DNA of 64,000 nucleotides from NCBI GenBank assembly GCA_016194745.1, contig JACQBA010000013.1, forward strand, positions 192,822 to 256,821. Reading direction: 5' to 3'. The translations under genes were made by a program, and so were the position numbers. The notes beneath the pieces are model-generated. The model was not told the origin of the DNA. It did not search any database and worked only from the letters and a program-made list of their open reading frames with translations. The DNA comes from Elusimicrobiota bacterium. GTDB lineage: Bacteria > Elusimicrobiota > Elusimicrobia > UBA1565 > JACRDR01. Shown piece by piece: positions 61,320 to 64,000 of this stretch. Position 1 is the first letter of the stretch. Each line of letters starts with the position of its first letter.

Positions 61320-61337
61320 ATAGAGGGGTTACGAGTT

Positions 61338-61365
61338 AGTGTAGCCCCGGATGTTGTGATGTCAA
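61338..61365 (-). promoter_or_regulatory. Candidate sigma70-like promoter of the giant gene: -35 TTGACA (plus 61360-61365), 16-bp spacer, -10 TACACT (plus 61338-61343). It sits about 18 nt upstream of the ATG and no Shine-Dalgarno sequence is present.
   Basis: Read off the reverse complement of 61320-61380: ..ggtcTTGACAtcacaacatccggggcTACACTaactcgtaacccctctatATG. Confidence 0.4.
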
Positions 61366-61382
61366 GACCTAGATAATAAAGA

Positions 61383-61395
61383 AATGTGACACATT
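61383..61395. promoter_or_regulatory. Perfect 6+1+6 inverted repeat AATGTGaCACATT (TGTGA/TCACA-like half sites), immediately upstream of the giant-gene -35
   Basis: Seen directly in the sequence. Confidence 0.4.
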
Positions 61396-61412
61396 ACGCG
61401 CGCGCGCGCGTA
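61395..61412. repeat. 18-bp alternating pyrimidine-purine tract tacgcgcgcgcgcgcgta, i.e. (CG)7, Z-DNA-prone and palindromic
   Basis: Seen directly in the sequence. Confidence 0.8.
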
Positions 61413-61450
61413 CGGAGAATGCTCAAAGTGCGAAATCCGGAAACAGGGTC

Positions 61451-61469
61451 CGTTTTTGCATTAAAAACG
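61451..61469. promoter_or_regulatory. Inverted repeat CGTTTTTgcattAAAAACG. Further CGTTTT/AAAACG-type copies lie at 61472-61480, 61483-61489 and 61506-61526 (ccaaaatcgaccgttttttgg).
   Basis: Seen directly in the sequence. Confidence 0.45.
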
Positions 61470-61525
61470 ATCCGTTTTCCGCAAAATCGGGGGGCCTAGA
61501 TCGGCCAAAATCGACCGTTTTTTGG

Positions 61526-61534
61526 TGCTATAAT
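61526..61534 (+). promoter_or_regulatory. Candidate extended -10 element TGcTATAAT for nth, about 100 nt upstream of its ATG
   Basis: 'ggtgctataatgag' on the plus strand. The 'tataat' hexamer matches the consensus exactly and the TG lies at the right distance. Confidence 0.4.
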
Positions 61535-61633
61535 GAGAAAATCGCGAGCGGATCTTGGGAGCCTCCCGCAAGCGCCCTCCAAAACCGCTTAAAATCGTCC
61601 ATTACGGGCTCAAAAATAGCCGGCCTATGATCC

Positions 61634-62287
61634 ATGCGCGACGCTGATATCCACTCGATAGTGCCCATCCTAAAGCGCGAGGTACGGCGCTGGAAAGTCC
61701 CGGTCGTGGGGGTCGTGGCGGAAGACGAGGACCCATTCCTCGTTTTGGTCTCGACGTTGCTCAGCCTGCGCACGAAAGACGCGGTGACCGAAGCGGCCGG
61801 CGAGCGCTTGTTCAAGCTCGCGCGCACGCCGGAGGCGCTGCTCAAGCTCCCGCTCAAAACCATCGAGCGCGCGATCTATCCCGTCTGCTTCTACCGCGTC
61901 AAGGCGAAGACGCTGCGCGGCGTCGCGCGAGACTTGATCGATCGCTTCGACGGACGCGTGCCGGACGATCTCGACGCCCTCCTCTCGCTGAAGGGCGTCG
62001 GCCGCAAGACCGCGAACCTCGTCGTCACGCTGGGGTTTCGCAAGCCGGGCATCTGCGTCGACATCCACGTGCACAGGATCTCCAATCGCCTCGGCTACGT
62101 CCGCACGAAGACGCCCGACGAGACGGAGGCGGCGCTGCGCGAGAAGCTCCCGCGCAAATACTGGATGATCTTCAACGACCTGCTCGTGCCGTACGGGCAG
62201 AACCTATGCGCTCCGGTCTCGCCGTGGTGCAGCCGCTGCAAGATCGCGGCGTACTGCAAGAAGCGCGGCGTGACGCGCAGCCGCTAG
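61634..62287 (+). CDS. nth: Endonuclease III (base-excision-repair DNA glycosylase/AP lyase) of the HhH-GPD family, with a C-terminal 4Fe-4S cysteine cluster
   Basis: Translation contains LLSLRTKD, LLSLKGVGRKTANLV (helix-hairpin-helix Gly/Pro-rich loop region), DIHVHRISNRLG and C-x7-C-x2-C-x5-C (CAPVSPWCSRCKIAAYC). Confidence 0.85.
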   Translation: MRDADIHSIVPILKREVRRWKVPVVGVVAEDEDPFLVLVSTLLSLRTKDAVTEAAGERLFKLARTPEALLKLPLKTIERAIYPVCFYRVKAKTLRGVARDLIDRFDGRVPDDLDALLSLKGVGRKTANLVVTLGFRKPGICVDIHVHRISNRLGYVRTKTPDETEAALREKLPRKYWMIFNDLLVPYGQNLCAPVSPWCSRCKIAAYCKKRGVTRSR

Positions 62288-62309
62288 CCTAGTTGTATAA
62301 TCCGGACCG

Positions 62310-63488
62310 ATGACCCTCGCGGCCGCGGCTACGGCGCTCGAAGCGGTGCTCGCCGTCCACGCGGCCGCGATGACCGCGGCGCTCCTCGCCTGCGTGGCCG
62401 CCAGCGCGTCGTTTTTCCGACGAGACACCGGCCGCGGACCCGTCGATCCGTTCACGGTGATCAAGCCGTTGCGCGGCGCCGAGGCCGGGCTCGAGGACCG
62501 GCTCCGCTCGCTGCTCGAGGCCGACGAGCAGGGCGTCCTTCAGGTCCTCTTCGCGGTGGAAAGCGCGGACGATCCCGCCTACGCCGCGGCCGCGCGCGTC
62601 GCGGCCGAGTATCCAAAGCGCGACGCGCGCGTCGTGGTCACCGGACCGAGCGGCGCGCGCATGGGCAAGATGCACAACCTGATCGAGGCCTACAAGCATG
62701 CGCGCCATGCGGCCGTCGTCTTCTCGGACTCCGACGTAGCGACCGACCGCGCGCTCCTCGTCGAGACGACGCGCGCCCTCCGCGCGGGCGCGGGCGCGGC
62801 GAGCGCGATCCCGGACGCTTCGGGCGCGCGCCGCGCGGCGGACGTGCTCGTCGGGGTGGTCTTCAACCACTACTTTTGCGCGCCGTGCGCTTTGCTCTAC
62901 AAGCTCGGCCTCGTCACGGCCTTCGCGGGAAGCTGGATGGCGTTCACCAAGGAGACGATCGCGCGCATCGGCGGGCTCGAGCGCTACGAACGCGCCGCGG
63001 CCGACGACTTCTCGATGGGCTTAGCCGCGCAGGTCCTCGGAGCCAAGACGGTGCTGCTGCCCCGACAGGCGGCTCTGTTCGAACGCGGCGGCTCGCTCGT
63101 CGAGACGGCGCGTCACATGCTGAAGTGGCTCAAGGTCGGCCGCTGGTCCGCGCCGCCGGTGTATGCCGCGCTGCCGCTCATAAACGGCCTCCTATCGGCT
63201 TGCGCGCTATGCCTCCTGCACGCGGCCCGCTTTGGAGAGCTCGGCTGGACGGCGCGCCTGCTCGCGGGCACGGCGTTCGCCCGCGCGGTGGGCGCCTGGG
63301 TCTACGACCTCGCCTGCTCCGGCCGGCGGTTTCCGTCCTGGGCGTACCCGGCCATCCCGGTCCTAGATGTGGCCGGAATGGCCCTATGGGCGATTGGACT
63401 GTTCGCGGATACGATAGAATGGCGTGGAAAAACCTATATAATTTTACCCGGCGGGTCGCTCGAGGTGGTCCGAACTAAAACGGACTAG
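62310..63488 (+). CDS. Glycosyltransferase of the ceramide-glucosyltransferase family (GT21/GT2-like; bacterial HpnI-like), with a membrane-bound C-terminal half
   Basis: VIKPLRGAEAGLEDRL...YPKRDARVVV...GKMHNLIEAYKHARHAAVVFSDSDV...DDFSMG...IEWRGKTY align with eukaryotic UGCG (LLKPLKGVDPNL...YPNVDARLFIGG...NPKINNL...LIWICDSGI...ISWRTGRY). Several hydrophobic C-terminal segments are present. Confidence 0.75.
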   Translation: MTLAAAATALEAVLAVHAAAMTAALLACVAASASFFRRDTGRGPVDPFTVIKPLRGAEAGLEDRLRSLLEADEQGVLQVLFAVESADDPAYAAAARVAAEYPKRDARVVVTGPSGARMGKMHNLIEAYKHARHAAVVFSDSDVATDRALLVETTRALRAGAGAASAIPDASGARRAADVLVGVVFNHYFCAPCALLYKLGLVTAFAGSWMAFTKETIARIGGLERYERAAADDFSMGLAAQVLGAKTVLLPRQAALFERGGSLVETARHMLKWLKVGRWSAPPVYAALPLINGLLSACALCLLHAARFGELGWTARLLAGTAFARAVGAWVYDLACSGRRFPSWAYPAIPVLDVAGMALWAIGLFADTIEWRGKTYIILPGGSLEVVRTKTD

Positions 63489-64000
63489 AGATCCGGCCGC
63501 CGTCGACTTGCAGGACCGATCCGGTGATGAACGACGCGCGCGAGGACGCGAGGAACGCGACCGCGTCGCCGATTTCCTCCGGCGAGGCGAGGCGCTTGAG
63601 CGGCGTCGCCTCGGCCCACGCCTTGTAGACCTGATCGACCGTCGTCTTGCGCTTGGTCGAGAGCGTGCGCGCCATGTCCTCCAAGCGCTCGGTCTTCGTG
63701 TAGCCCGGGCAGATCGTGTTGACGAGGACGCCGTAGGGTCCGTACTCGCGCGAGAGCGTCTTGCTGAGTCCGAGGAGTCCCGAGCGGACCGCGTTGGACA
63801 CGACGAGCCCGTCGATCGGCTGCTTGGCGGAGGTCGAGGCGATGAAGAGGACGCGCCCCCACTTCTGGCGCTTCATGTGCGGCAGCACCCAGCGCGTGAG
63901 CCGCACCGCGCCCATGAAATTCTGGTCGATGCCGAGCGCCCAGTCCGCGTCGCCGATCTCGTCGAAAGAGCCTTCGGGCGGGCCGCCCGCGTTGTTGACG
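63475..64000 (-). CDS. Short-chain dehydrogenase/reductase (3-oxoacyl-ACP reductase-like); C-terminal part only, with the N-terminus beyond the window end
   Basis: ...NAGGPPEGSFDEIGDADWALGIDQNFMGAVRLTRWVLPHMK...SVLQVDGGRISSPF. The reading frame stays open through to position 64000. Confidence 0.75.
   Translation of the reverse strand, partial: VNNAGGPPEGSFDEIGDADWALGIDQNFMGAVRLTRWVLPHMKRQKWGRVLFIASTSAKQPIDGLVVSNAVRSGLLGLSKTLSREYGPYGVLVNTICPGYTKTERLEDMARTLSTKRKTTVDQVYKAWAEATPLKRLASPEEIGDAVAFLASSRASFITGSVLQVDGGRISSPF

Noticed and set aside
61296-61331. Alternative start codons for the giant gene between the upstream stop (61329-31) and ATG 61319
   Set aside because: Only three codons (P, L, Y) lie between them and none is ATG/GTG/TTG. 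ATG 61319 followed immediately by a signal-peptide-like sequence is the only candidate start.
1-64000. CRISPR arrays, tRNA/rRNA genes, IS elements and terminal inverted repeats
   Set aside because: No regularly spaced direct repeats, no tRNA-like cloverleaf-capable low-GC islands, and no transposase-like translations were seen. The only repeats are the diverged intragenic protein-module duplications.

Overview
High-GC (~68-70%) bacterial DNA. Almost the whole window (1..61319) is one continuous minus-strand reading frame: it starts at ATG 61317-61319 just after an in-frame stop (plus 'tta' 61329-61331) and is still open at position 1, so it encodes at least 20,439 codons with the 3' end outside the window. 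The ORF track does not list it, presumably because the track only reports ORFs that have a stop inside the window. The long plus-strand ORFs in the track (more than 45, every one with start coordinate = 0 mod 3 from 51 to 60785) look like antisense shadows of this gene: they are E/D/G/A/V/L/R/P/H/Q-rich, as expected for a codon-aligned antisense frame. I hand-translated minus frame 0 at about 15 sites spread over 1-61319 and each gave ordinary protein sequence, though a few positions may be off by 1 nt. The predicted product is a giant secreted/membrane protein with an N-terminal signal peptide, at least six transmembrane hairpins, and a module set present in three copies: an HSP90/GHKL-type ATPase domain, a second GHKL-like N-box ('ELINNGFDAMGD'), and an HExxH zincin motif of the form VVHExxHxxEPGxxETHxxAF followed by a TM hairpin. 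Two of the copies are tandem with a period of about 6 kb. Further HExxH sites are HELFH (~30.2 kb) and a DUF4157-like HELTHILQ (~1.45 kb), and a long A/E/R/L-rich helical stretch lies near 44.5 kb. A 314-bp AT-richer divergent regulatory region follows the gene start (61320..61633): a TTGACA-N16-TACACT promoter with no Shine-Dalgarno (SD) sequence for the giant gene, a TGcTATAAT extended -10 for nth, a 13-bp palindrome, (CG)7, and CGTTTT/AAAACG repeats. Downstream on the plus strand are endonuclease III (nth, 61634..62287) and a ceramide-glucosyltransferase/HpnI-like glycosyltransferase (62310..63488); a short-chain dehydrogenase (SDR) family gene converges on the minus strand (63475..>64000). 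No tRNA, rRNA, CRISPR array or obvious mobile element was seen.
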